A stretch of 64,000 nt of DNA. Origin: Geosiphon pyriformis uo1. Taxonomy: Eukaryota > Fungi > Glomeromycota. The stretch covers positions 248,001 through 312,000 of the forward strand of contig JAAOMT010000762.1 of the NCBI GenBank assembly GCA_016748015.1, written 5' to 3'. Below the pieces are notes generated by a model that was given only the letters and a program-made list of their open reading frames with translations, was not told the origin of the DNA and ran no database searches. This document shows positions 40,565 to 52,460 of this stretch, piece after piece (the stretch's first letter is position 1; the number at the start of each line of letters is the position of its first letter). A program made the translations under genes and the position numbers.

Positions 40565-41947
40565 TCAATTTAACATGTTGTTGTTAATAATAACTATTGG
40601 TTCCAGATCTCATGGAATCTCATCTGGTCGGACTAGCATTCTCTGTACTCTTAATTGTGGAATATTACTGGTAGATGGTAGTGTGATGTCGCGATATGAC
40701 TTCAGTTGATCTTTATGTACTGCTTTGGTTAAAATTTTGTTATCCAATCTTAATTTGTAAGCTTCATTTCCTAGAATTTCTTCTATGTAAAATGGTCCAT
40801 TCCATTTGGGGTCAAATTTTCCATTCTATTGTTTTTCTGCTTTGGTACAATGTAGTAATACTTTGTCTCCAATCTTGAATTTAACTGGTTTGTCTGGTAG
40901 TTGATTATTGTGTCTTTCTTTTTGTTTTTCTTGTGACTTTTAAATATTATCAGCTGTTCTTCTTCGTTTGTTTTCCAATGTTTCTATTAAGTCATATGTT
41001 TTTCTCAGCAATGTTTCTTGAAAATTTTCTTCTGTTATTGGTTCAGCTGGATATGTATTAATTTCACTTTCTACTGGTAACATTGCTGTTTTCCCATATA
41101 CTAATTCAAATGGTGTTGCTTGTGTAGTATCTTGTTTCATTGTTCGATAAGCAAATAGTACTGATAGTATGAACAAATCCCAATCATTCTGGTTTTTTTG
41201 GCTGAGCTTAGCTATTGCTTCACACAGTGTTCTATTGAATCTTTCTACTAATCCGTTGGTTTGTGGATGATATGGTGATAATAATGGTCTCTTGATTTCG
41301 AATCTTTGGCTCAATTCTGTTAATGTTTTGTTCACAAAATGAGTTCTTTGGTCTGATAATAATTCTTTTGGACATCCATGTCGACAAATCAAATCCTGAT
41401 GAACAAATTCAACAATGGATTCTGCATCCACTCTTTGAATTGCTTTTGCCTCTGGCCATTTAGTAAGATAGTCCATAACTACTGCTATGTATCTGTTTTC
41501 TCTGCTGGTAATTATTAATGGTTCGACTAAATCAATTCCAATACGGTTAAATGGTTGTCCCACTTTGATTGGTCTTAATGGTTTACTGGATCTTGTTCCT
41601 TCTTTTCGCTAACAAGCATTACAATTTTGAACATATTGAATGATGTCTGGGTACATTGATGACCAATAGTATCTCTTTCTGGTTCTTTTCATGGTTGCTT
41701 CTTTGTGAAAATGTCCTGCTGTTGGATTTGAGTGCATGTTGAATAATATTGTCTCTTTTTCTGGCTCTGTAATTACTCTGGTTGGTTGATCTGGATCCCT
41801 TTTATTTTTCTGATAAAGTATATTTTGGTGAGTGATAAAATATTTTGATTGTTGTTTGATACTCTTTCGTTCCATTTGAAATAAATTCTTCTTGAACTGT
41901 TGAGTGTTTATATAATGTTGCAATTGTTGATATTTTTGTATGTTCAT
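40565..41947 (-). pseudogene. Inner element integrase ORF (461 codons; HHCC, DDE core, GPF motif)
   Basis: ATG at 41947, H...H...CNAC, IGIDLV, LLSDQRTHF, YHPQTNGLVERFNRTL and W-GPF. TGA at 40565. No chromodomain. Confidence 0.9.
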
Positions 41948-42010
41948 CTTTTGTTGTATTTTTCTGTTGGTATTGTTCTGGTTTTGTTATATTTTTGGGT
42001 TGAAATGTTC

Positions 42011-45000
42011 TTAGATTTGTCTCATTTGCGATAAACCATCCATATTTCCATTGTCTTTTCCTTTTTTATAATGTATAGTATACTTATATAATACAAGTGC
42101 CATTTTCCATCTTAACTGTCTTCTATCTCTAAATTCTTGTTTTTGAAGTGATGTTAATTCTTTGTGATCTGTGTACACCTCAAACTTTTGGCTCAAATAT
42201 TTTTTCCATTTCATGACTAATCAGTATATTGCTAAGTGTTCTTTTTCTGGTGTTCCATAGTTCTTTTTGGCTGGTGTTAAACCTCTGCTGGCATATGCCA
42301 CTGGATGTTCTCTGTTGTCTAGTCTTCTTTAAGATAGTACTGCTTCTAATACCTGGCCAGATGCATTCATAGTGATGATAAATGGTTTGCTGTAATCTGG
42401 ATAGATCAGTACTGGAGCTTGTATAAGCTTTCTTTTTAGAATATCAAAAGCTTTTTGTTGACTTTCGGTCCATTCATATTTTGTATCTTTGTTTTGCAGT
42501 TGGTTGAGTGGCTGTGCTATCTTGAAAAAGTTCTTAATAAAATGTTGATAGTAGCTGGTGAATCCCAAGAATGATTTCAGTTCTGTCATATTGGTCAGCA
42601 CTGGAAAGTTCTTTATTATCTCTATTTTCTCTGGATCTATTTTGATGCTGTTTTTGCTAACTATGTGTCCCAAGAATTTTAGTTCTGTCTTGTCAAAAAA
42701 GCACTTTGTTGCATTTAACTTTAGTCCTGCTCTTCTTAGTCTTTCGAACACTTGTTAAAAATGATAAAGATAATCATCAAATGTTTTTGAGAATACATTG
42801 GTGTCATCCAAGTATACAACTACTGATTTCCACAATAAGTCAGTATAAACAATTTCTATTAGCTGTTGGAAAGTTGCTGGGGCATTGGTTAAGCCAAATG
42901 GCATTACTTCAAATTCAAAATTCCCTTCTCTAGTAGTAAATGCTGTCTTCTCTTTGTCAGCTGAATTTATGGTTACTTGCCAGTAACTACTGTCCAAATC
43001 TAATGTTGAGAACCATTTGTTCTCACCAAAAGCATCGAATAATTCCTGTATTTGTAGAGTTGGATAACTGTCTCCACGAATTACACCATTGAGTTTTCTG
43101 TAGTCTACACAAAACCGGATTTTTCTATTCTTCTTACAGATGAGTACCACTGGTGATGACCATGGGCTCATTGATGGTTGAATTAGCCCATTGTCAATCA
43201 TTTTGTTTATCTCTTGATGAATGATTTTATGGCTGGCTGGTGGCACTCTGTATGCTCTTTGTTTGATTGGCATTGCATCTCCAGTCTTGATCTGATGCTG
43301 GATGATGTCAGTTCAGCCAAACTCATTTTTGCTGGCAAAGATGTCATTGAAATTGTTGAGTAACATCTTGAGCTGCATACATTGGAGTGGATCTAAATTT
43401 CTTATGTTCATTTGTTCCAATTGTTCTGGTTGGAGCAAATAACATTTATTTCATCCATAGATTGTTTGTGATGTGATGTTAACATATTGACAAAGTTGTG
43501 GAAAGTCTGGAATGGGATTTGGTGGTTGGTCTTCTATTTTTGTGGTTACATATCTGATGGTGGTTCCTTCTGGTATGTTGATGATATTACCAGTGTTGTT
43601 GTAGATGAGAATTTTTATGCTGCTATAGCTTTTGGCTGGTATGTGGAGATTGATCAACCCAATCTCTCCTGATTCACAAAGGTTTGCTTCAGCTTCAAAA
43701 ATTTGTCCTTGCTCCTTTTCTCTTCTTCCTATTGTTAGCATATACTGGCTATATGATAGAATAGAAATAGCTTGACTGGTTGAGATAATTTCTTCTTGGC
43801 CAACAATTTCTTCCTCTGCCATATTAACTGGTACATCTATTCTACCCGTTAATCCAAATCCCTGTATTCCTTTTGCTGTTATTCCTAATTCCTCTTTCTT
43901 TTCCACTGATACTAACTGAGCTACTCTAACCAGAGGCAGGAATATTGCCTGTGCTATCTTTTCATTGGGCTCTATTATGTAGGCTTTTTCTGAATCATTT
44001 TGTAGCATAGCAATGATATTTTCTACATATCCTGCATCAATTATTCCTCCTCTTATATTGATCCCTCTTTTTGCTAAACTACTCTTAGATGCTAATTGAA
44101 CCATTGTTGTTGCTGGAATTTCTAGTGCTATTTTCAGATCAATGCAGGTGCGTGAATGCAGTTCCAATTTGATGGCATCTTTTCCTGGATATTTCAGATC
44201 AAACCCTGCATCCATATCATGCACACGTTCTGGCATAATACTCTTCCTATTGTCACTATACCATTTCAACTCTTGTTTTTTGGAGAGATCTGGTAGTGCA
44301 ATGTATTGTTCATGGTTTAAATTGGAGTTTGAATCTGAGTTGGAATCATTTTTGTTGTCATTGTCATTTTGAACAGAGCTGGAACCAATGTTTTCATTGT
44401 CATCATCAGAGTTTGGATCGCAATTGATCAGTGATTCTGATTCTGATGTACAGCTGCTGATTTGTTCCTCTTCTTTAGAGATCAAATAGATCATGCGTGG
44501 TGGTGAATTGTAAAGGAGGTCACAATCGTCACAATATTCAAAGTTATTGGAAATTAAACAGTGACACAGTCTTGTATTCAACTGTGCTAGCCATTGTTCT
44601 TACTCTTCTCTAGTGGGAGCCAAGTTTTGGTAATGTTCATGGAACTCTTTGGGTTCCAGAGAATTTATAGCTGGCTCTGTGTTCCAGTTAAGCTCGATGG
44701 GTTCTGGTGGGTTGTTTTTGATTTCTCTGATCTCTTCGGGTGTCACTCCTTCTATTTTGGTGATTGCCATTCTCCACAATTCATCGTTGTCATGTGGACA
44801 ACTGTCCAGTCACTGCACGGCTCTTTTTCAGGCCACTTCTATTGGGGTTCCTCTCCTTACCCAGTCGCTTATTAAAATTATGTATTAACACAATACGTCA
44901 CACGTTCCTCCACATCCTGAGATGTCATTTCACATCCCTTCATCTAGTAGGATCTTCCCACAAGTGAGACAAGATTGGTTATCCCATTTTCCTTGCCTCT

Positions 45001-48000
45001 TTGGTTGTCCAAAGCATTCGAGTAAGCATGGATGACAGTAAAACTTTGTTGCAGTATGGTATTCTTTATCGTCAGCACAGCATGCACCCATTGACAACAG
45101 TTTCTTGCCGCAATCAATGCATACCAGCCTTGGCCGTCGATAATTGAATTGTTGTAGAGTGTGATAGGTGTAGAAATTATAACTATTGGTCATTGGTGGC
45201 GTTCTTTCTTTCTTTTCTTTTTCTTTTCTCTTATTTTCGTTCCATTTCCGACTTGAGGCTTCTTCTTGTTCATTATCAGTCCAAGTCAGATCATTGGTTT
45301 CCCAGATAAGTTCCTCTTTTTGCTTTCTCTTGGGGTTGTCATCCCATGATAGTACTGGTGGTAGCTCATAATGGTTTTTGTTATTGGTCCCAGCATCAAT
45401 AGTGGTTTCACAGGTAGGTTCTTTTCCTTGCTTCTCTTTTCCATTGTTATTGTCATCCCAGGCGAGTATTGGCAGCAGCTCATTGTGGTTGGCATTGGCC
45501 CACAAGACTTGGTACGCTTCTCAGATAGGTTTTTCTTTCTCCTTCTCCAATTTGATCAATAGTTTCTCTCTTGGAAGAGTCTTGAAATGGCCACATGTGG
45601 CCAGTATACATATGTGTTGGCCCTAATATGTTAACTGAAGTTCCTGGGTGTTCCAGTCTAATGTCGCGTTGACTTTGGATAGCCAGTTATTACCAATGAG
45701 AGCTTGGTATTGAGTGGCTTCCATCACTAGAACTTTAATGGGAGTCACAATACCATTGACTTTGAAAAGGAAGTCGTCGATTTTGCCAATTGGAGTTTTG
45801 GTTGTTTCATTGGCTGTGATGATTCTGGCGCTGGCAGCTCAATCAACTCAGTGACCTAATTGATTCATGAGTTGTTGTGTGATGATACTGCTTGCTAAAC
45901 CGCTATTGAGAATCAATTTGATGGATTGACCATCAATCTTAGCATCTGTGTACATTGCGGTAATGGGTTTTTCATCAAGAGCGGCTCCACTAAATAATAG
46001 TGTACTTGATGATTCTTCAATCTCGAATGGGAAGATGGTGGCTAGTGATTTGTCATTGGTGACTGTTGCTGGTAAGTGTTTGTTGTTTTTGGGTGGGTTC
46101 CTAATTGCTAGTTGAGGCGTTTTTTAGGGTAATCAGGAGACTTAAATAGTGTTGGGAAGTCAGGTTTTGGGTGGCATCTGTACCCAAATTCCGAGAACGG
46201 GGTCTTAAGCTCTGGTGAGAGAAGCTGGAGACTGGTTGATAAACAACCATTGCCGATCTCCAATTTTGAGCAATTCTGGGTCTCAGGTTTCCTGATGTTA
46301 TCATAGCTGAATTTTAGAGCAGTGTTTGAATTGATGGTTGAGATCAATAAATTATTTGGGGCTGCGGCTGATAAATTACTGAAGGCTGCTGTTGATATAT
46401 ACTGGTGGTTGATAGATTGGTTGCTGCATCATTGGCAGGTAAGTAGTTTGATATTGGTCTTGATCTTGATTTGGATAATGATTCAAAGTTTGGAACCGGC
46501 GATCGGGATTTCTGTATTGATTTCCCAATCATTAATTGCTATAAGTATGGCAATTAACTCGAATATGGCCTTGTTTACCACAGTTGAGGTAGGCACGCAT
46601 TTCTGGCTGCCATGGTAGACTAGGTGCAGTCGAGGATGATAACCATGATTGATTTTGGAAATGATTCACATTTCCTGAATTATGGCATTGTTGTGGTGTT
46701 TGATATATGGTGCAATTGTCAGCTAAGTATCCCTCTAGTTTCTGATTAATTGACTCACTGAATTGTTTCAGTTTGGAGTCCAATTCAGATGATCCATTCA
46801 TTACTAGGTTTACTGCTTGGGCATGGTTGGCTTCTAACTCAGCTGCTTCAAAATCTCTGGCGTGTGTAACTGCAGTAAAGAGGTCAACTGGATGCATTGG
46901 GCGTACTCGCTGGAGGAGGTTACTGCGCAAACCTCTAATAAATTGGTTTAAAATCTGTGGTGCTGTAAAATAGTCAGCTTGAATTGCTTGGATCTGGCGT
47001 AGGTTTCTATGGAAGCATCCCAGGTAAGTGGTGACTGCTTCAGTATTTCCTTGTTTAATGGTGGTAAAAAGGTTGGCTAATTTGTTAATACTATTATTGT
47101 TGCTGAAATATCTTACGAATTCCATCTTGAAGTCATTGAAGTTTTGGGGTTTGACATCTAGACTTTGATACCATGCATCTGTGGTGTCTTTTAGAAAGTA
47201 TGGGATGGCTTAAAGTGTTCGGGCATCATTCCATCTGTTCGCAGTGATGGCTTTTTCTACATCATTCAGCCATACTTGTGCATTATTTTCTTTGCCAGTA
47301 AAGTTGTCAAGTTTTGCAATTGGCGCGTAGGCCATTGAATCTAAGTTGGGTTGTTGTGGTAGCTGTTGAAGTGGTTGTTGTTGTACTAGTTGTTGAGGTG
47401 GTAGTTGAAATGACTGTTGTATGGGTTTGGCTACTGGATTAATTGGCAGTTGATTGATGACAATTACCGGAGGTAAGTTTTGCTGATTACTTAATTTGGA
47501 GTTTGGATTGTTCTGCCTTTGATGATTTGGGGTTTTGATTTCCGAATTTTCTAGATTTAGACTTTGCTGAGCTTGAAAATTTGGGGTTTCAACTTCCGGG
47601 TTTTCAGTGATTGGGTTTTGGTAAATAAATTCTTGATCTTCTGATTCTTCTTCCTCTTTTTCTTCAGATAGTTCCTATGAGGTAGTGATTCCAAAGTCCA
47701 GTTGAGACGGCGGTGATCAAATTCCTAATGAAGTTGGTAATCATGATTTAAATCCTTCAAAATACACTCCATATGGCCCTAGTAAATCTTCTTTCCATTG
47801 TTTGCTTTGGAACTGGAATCTTCCAACTGTTAATGTTGCATTTAAGGTGGATGCATCTGCTGATGAGATGTTGATGGCACTTCCAGGTGTGTAGTAATAT
47901 GATGGAGCAGTTGGTGATTTTACTCTGTGCTTCTTCCAACAAGGTAACTGTATTTCTTTTGGTGTTGCTGCTGGTGTTTGTATTCTTTCTTTACCTTTGT

Positions 48001-48312
48001 CTGCATAGGTAATGGGAAATTGTTATTGAGTGTACCTTTCAATAGTCTGGTTGATTTTTCTGATTATTGGTGCAAACTATAGTTTCTTGGTAAGTTGGTG
48101 TGTTAGAATAATTCTGTGTAAAAGTTTTCTCTTGCTGCTTCAATGTTAACTGTTCCTCCTAAGCATTCAGTGATTCTGTCATTGACATAAAAGTTGAAGG
48201 CTAATTCGGCTGGGTAATGATTATTGTTTAATCCTAATTGTTGGCTATATTGTTGAAACAAGAATTTCGTGAATCCTAAATGGTTTGCTCCTATATTTTC
48301 TGATTCTGCCAC
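42011..48312 (-). pseudogene. Inner element ORF1: Gag - zinc knuckle - protease - Cys-rich region - dUTPase - RT - RNase H (disrupted)
   Basis: MAYAPIAKL...NQFIRGL (gag), CGKQGHIRVNC, ILNSG (PR), AGFDL/ASKSSLA/GGIIDAGY/KIAQ/GFGLTG (dUTPase), MPFGLTNAPATFQ and YLDD (RT), YTDHK and DGLS (RNase H). Ends MRQI* at 42011. Confidence 0.9.
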
Positions 48313-48352
48313 GTTTAGATTTGAGTTGGTGCTGGTTTTCTGTAGGATTATA

Positions 48353-48369
48353 CCTCACAGGGAGCACCA
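48353..48369 (-). promoter_or_regulatory. Primer-binding site TGGTGCTCCCTGTGAGG (inner element; outer copy 52442-52458)
   Basis: Begins TGG 2 nt after the 5' LTR. The complement CCUCACAGGGAGCACCA has the form T-stem, acceptor stem, discriminator and CCA. Confidence 0.9.
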
Positions 48370-48371
48370 AA

Positions 48372-49221
48372 TGTTACAGGGGATTATTTCTGCTGTTGAA
48401 GTAAATAACAACTCGTAACTTGGTGCTCATAAAGCTACTTCCATTGATGAAGTTCTGCAAGTGTTGTATCTAAAGGTTTTGATGGAGTTTTTTGTATAAT
48501 GAACAGAGATTCAATAGTTGTTTTATCCATAGCTTCCCAGACTTGCAAGTCTGTCAATTTTTTTCTTGGCTTGGTGGCTGGCAATCCTCTGGTAAGTAAT
48601 CTGTATCTTCTGTATGTGTCCTATTCTCTCGTAGGGGTTTTTTACCAGGCAATTTTTGATGTCAGTAATCAGCACTTTTTAATCAATGGGTTAGTGCACA
48701 ATAATAAATCAAAATAAAATAAAAAAAAATAAGAGAAAAATAAAGAAAGAAAAAAAATAAGCCAAGGCAATTTGCAGATTAGTATTCCGTCAATAGCTGT
48801 GATCAAGAGCTATTGTTCCAGTGTGGTTAAGTATTACTTATTATTAACATGAAGTGTTAATAGTGGAGAGTGGATTGAGATATGGAATAATTATTTATTT
48901 GATGATTTTTGTTTCTAGGCTAAGGATTCTGTGGTATCAATTCTGTCTTTTCTGTTTCTAACACTATTGCTATATATACATAATTGAGATTCCTCAATTC
49001 CTCGATTCTTCACAACAGGAATTCTGGAATTTCTGGAATCCTGTAATTCTTTTGAGAGGAATCCTGCAATTCTGGAATCCTGCAATTCCTCATCAGAAAA
49101 TCCTGAAATTCCTGGAATCCTGCAATTCCTGAGAGGAATCCTGGAATTCTATATTTACTATGCTTACTTTTGATTGGCTAATAATTATGCTAATATATTT
49201 CCTATATTTCTATAAGTAACA
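48372..49221 (-). repeat. 5' LTR of inner gypsy element
   Basis: TGTTAC...GTAACA termini, 2 nt from the PBS. Confidence 0.95.
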
Positions 49222-52200
49222 GTGGCAATAGAACTTGGTTGCTGTCTGATATTCTTCATCATTGTCACAGCATGCACTTATTGATGACAATTTCTTGCTG
49301 CAATCAACACATATCAGTTTGAGTCGGTGATAGGTAAATGATTGTTGTTGACCATAGGTGTATAAGATATAAGTATTGTTGGCTTAAGTGTTTTTTTCTT
49401 TCCTCTCTTTCCCTTTTCTTTTTTCTTCTTTCCACTCCCAACTTGATGGTTCTTCCTGTTTGTTGTCGGTCCAGGTCAAATTGTTTGTTTCCCAGGTCAG
49501 TTCCTCTTTTTGCTTTTCCTTAGGGTTGTTGTTCCACGAAAGTATTGGTGGTAGTTCGTTGTGGTCAGCGTCAGCCCAGAAGACTTGGTACGCTTCCCAG
49601 GTAGGTTTCTCTTTCTCCTCCTCCAGTTCAATCAATAATTTCTCTCTTGGAAGAGTCTTGAAATGACCACACGTGGCTGGTACACATATGTGTTGGCCCT
49701 AATATGTTAGCTGGAGTTCCTGGGTGTTCCAGTCTAATGTCACGTTGACTTTAGATAGCCAGTCATTACCAATGAGAGCTTGGTATTGAGTGGCTTCTAT
49801 TACTAGAACTTTAATGGAAGTTATGATGCCATTGACTTCAAAAGAGAAGTTGTCGATTTTGCTGATTGGAGTTTTGGTCGCTCCATTGGCTGTAATGATT
49901 CTGGTGCTGGCAGCTCGATTAACTCAGTGATCTAATTGATTCATGAGTTGTTATGTGATGATGCTGCCTGCTGAACTGCTGTCAAGGATCAATTTGATGG
50001 ATTGTTTTTCGACTTTGGCATCAGTGTATATCGTGGTGATTGGTTTGGCTTTAAGAGCGGCTTCACTAAATAATGGTATTGCAGTTGTTTCCTCAAATTC
50101 GAATGGGAATATAGCAGCCAAAGACTCATCTTCAGTGATAGTAGCAGATGGGATATTACTGGTGAGTGGTTGTTTTTGGGCGAATGCCAGGTTATTGATT
50201 GAAGCGTCTTCTGGGGTGACCAGAAGACTTAAATAGTTCTGGGAATTTGGGTTCTGGGGTTGACCAGTACCCAAATTCCACTGGCATAATCCAGATAGTT
50301 GCTGTGAAGAACTGGAGATTGGTTGATGGACTACCATCACCAATCTCCAGCTCTGTTGAGTCATTCTTGGTCTTTGGGTTCTATTAGGTAGTAAGCTTTG
50401 GGGTGGTGTTTGGATTTGTTGGGGCTGATAGATTATTTGTGGCTGTGGTTGTTGATAAATTACTTGTGGCTGTAGTTGATAGATTAGAGCTTGATACACC
50501 AGAGATTGATAGACTGATAACTGCATTACTGGTAGGTAAGTGGGTTGGTTTTGATTTGGGTACTGATTTGGAGTTTGGAACCGACAATCAGAGTTTCAAT
50601 ATTGATTTCCCAATTGTTGGTTATTTAAATGCTGGCAACAGTCAATTTGGATATGTCCTTGTTTACCACAATAGTGGCAGATACGCATTTCTTGTTGCCA
50701 CTGTTGATTGGTCGATAAAGATAGACGTGGTTGATTTTGGGCACGATTAGAGTTTTCTTGATTATTGCGTCATTGTGGAGGCTAATAAATGGTGTGATTG
50801 TCAACTAAGTATCCTTTCAATCTCTTATTAATTGATTCACTGAACTTCTCCAATTTGGAATCCAATTCAGATGATCCGTTCATTATTAGATTAACAGCTT
50901 GGGCGTGATTAGTCTCTGACTTAGCAGATTCAAAATCTCTGGTGCATGTGACTGTATCTTAAAGGGTGCCTGGATGCAATAAATGTACATATTGCAAGAT
51001 GCTGCTGCACAGGCCACGGATAAACTGGTTGAGTATCTGTGAGGCTGTGAAATAGTTGGCATCAATTGCTTGAATTTGGCACAGGTTTTGATGGAAGCGT
51101 CCTAGGTAAGTGGTGACTGTTTCAGTTTCTCCTTGTTTTATGGTGGTGAATATATTGACTAGGTGATTGATGCTGTTATTGTTGCTGAAATATCTTAGGA
51201 ATTCCGCTTTGAAGGCATTGAAATCTTGTGGTTTATTAACCAAGCTCTGATACCATGAATTGGTGATATCCTTAAAAAAGTAGAAAATGGCTTGCATTGC
51301 TCAGACATCATTCCATCCGTTGACTGTGATGGCCTTTTCTACATCATTCAGCCATACTTGAGTGTCATCTTCTTCACCAGTAAAGTTGTCAAGTTTTGCG
51401 ATTGGTGCATAGGCCATTAGATCTAAGTTAGGTGGTTGTGGTGGTTGTTAAAGCAGTTGTTGTTGTACTGGTTGTTGGAGTGGTAGTTGATGTGGCTGTT
51501 ATATGGGTTCAGCTATGGGATTAATTGGCAGTTGATCAATGACGATTACCAGAGGTAAGTTTTGCTAATTAATTAATTTGAGGTTTGGATTGTTCTGCCT
51601 TTGATGATTCGGAGTTTCGATTTCCAAATTTTCTAGATTTAGATTTTGCTGAGTTTGAAAATTCGGGGTTTCAACTTCCAGGTTTTCAGTGATCAGTTGC
51701 TGGTAAGTGAATTTTCGATCCTCTGATTCTTTTTCCTTTTTTTCTGATTCTGCTGCTTCCCACAGATCAGAAATTCCAAAATCTGGTGGAAGTGGTGGTG
51801 ATCAAAGTCCTGATGGGGTTAATAATCATGAATTAAATTCTTCAAAGTATTCGCCATATGGTTCTAATAATTCTGTTTTCCTTTGTCTATTTTGGAATGG
51901 GAATTGTTCAAATGCTGATGTTATAGTTGATGGAAACATGTCTGTTGATGATATGTTAATGGCACTTCCAAGTGTATAGTGGTAGGATGGGTTGCTTGAG
52001 GATTCAATTTTGTTTTTCTTCCAAATAGGTGGCTGTATTTTTCTGGGTGTTATTGCTGGTGTTTGTAGTTTTTCCTTGCCTTTACTAGTGTATGTAATTG
52101 GATATCTTTGTTAAGTGTGGTGTTCAATTTCTTTGTTGATTTCAGTGATGATGGATGCGAAATTATGATTTGTTGGCAGGTTGGTGTTTTGAATTAACTT

Positions 52201-52398
52201 TCTTTAGAAAGTTTCTCTTGCTGATTCAGTATTCACTGGTGTTCCTAATAAAGAGGAAATCTTTTCGTTGATGTAGAAATTAAAGGCTGATTTGGCGGAT
52301 ATATGATTGTGGTTTAATCCCAAGTATTGACAATAGTATTAAAATAAGGATTTTGCAAATCCTAAATGGTTTGCTTCTATATTTTCTGATTCTGCCAC
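49222..52398 (-). pseudogene. Outer element ORF1, 5' part (Gag, zinc knuckle, protease)
   Basis: GTG at 52398, MAYAPIAKL at 51417, CHYCGKQGHIQIDC near 50640-50680, and IKLILDSSSAGSII. Confidence 0.9.
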
Positions 52399-52460
52399 TT
52401 TTGGATGGTGTTTGTTGATGCTGGTTCTCTGTAGGATTATACCTCACAGAGAGCACCAAA

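Larger units (their letters stand above)
39018..49221 (-). mobile_element. Full-length Ty3/gypsy LTR retrotransposon (inner element, 10,204 bp) nested in the outer element
   Basis: 850-bp LTRs 39018-39867 and 48372-49221, PBS 48353-48369, PPT ~39868-39883, 4-bp TSD atgg/gtgg. Removing the element plus one TSD restores the outer frame (ATKFYCHACRVKRFG). Confidence 0.97.

Noticed and set aside
48372-49221. APOBEC-type editing of cDNA as the mutational cause
   Set aside because: Both C>T and G>A occur within each copy, the two LTRs and the TSD are mutated independently, and LINEs are equally affected. This indicates a post-integration process.
50384-50587. Overlapping S/T-rich ORF suggesting a programmed gag-pol frameshift
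   Set aside because: The zinc-knuckle frame continues directly into the Q-rich linker and protease, and the outer ORF1 has no net frameshift.
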